Assembly: GCF_964355755.1 (NCBI RefSeq) | Contig: NC_092679.1 | Span: forward strand, 10,461,432-10,525,431 | Length of the DNA: 64,000 nt | DNA from: Antedon mediterranea | Taxonomy: Eukaryota > Animalia > Echinodermata | Direction: 5' to 3' | Shown: piece after piece, positions 63,865 through 64,000 of the stretch | Layout: the number at the start of each line of letters is the position of its first letter | Numbering within the stretch: position 1 is the stretch's first letter | Translations under genes and position numbers: made by a program | Notes under the pieces: model-generated | What the model was told of the DNA's origin: nothing | The model's database searches: none | Seen by the model: only the letters and a program-made list of their open reading frames with translations

Positions 63865-64000
63865 TATATATATAATATATATATATATATAAATCATAGG
63901 CCTACTGTAAGTTATAGAAACAGTGTTCATATTCGGAACATGATCTCTCTGCTCGACCACTACACTTATGAGCTGATTTGTGGACAATTTTATAAAGAGT

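Overview
AT-rich eukaryotic (animal) genomic DNA, almost entirely made of decayed and nested transposable elements. The repeat repertoire suggests a marine invertebrate, possibly an echinoderm; this is an inference only. There is no prokaryotic operon, CRISPR array, rRNA or complete host gene. Recognisable content: LINE pseudogenes (CR1, L2/Crack, Rex1/Babar, RTE, RTE-X, L1/Tx1); a Neptune-type Penelope-like element with a GIY-YIG domain and a minimal hammerhead ribozyme; Helentron-associated elements (HINEs); Helitrons; Academ-, Kolobok-, Harbinger-, Tc1/mariner-, EnSpm- and Ginger-like non-autonomous elements; several TE-borne tandem arrays; and one probable terminal coding exon (4906-5004). 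Two observations stand out. (1) Recurrent short insertions at TA dinucleotides (TA-GGCC-TA, TA-CCGG-TA, TA-CTG-TA) can be shown to be insertions because they interrupt conserved LINE codons or are absent from sister repeat copies; they look like mass DNA-transposon excision footprints. (2) A (TA)n-anchored small element carries an internal tRNA-like cloverleaf (ATC anticodon) with a Pol III terminator and sits among Penelope 3' ends. All family assignments come from motif recognition by eye, not from database searches.
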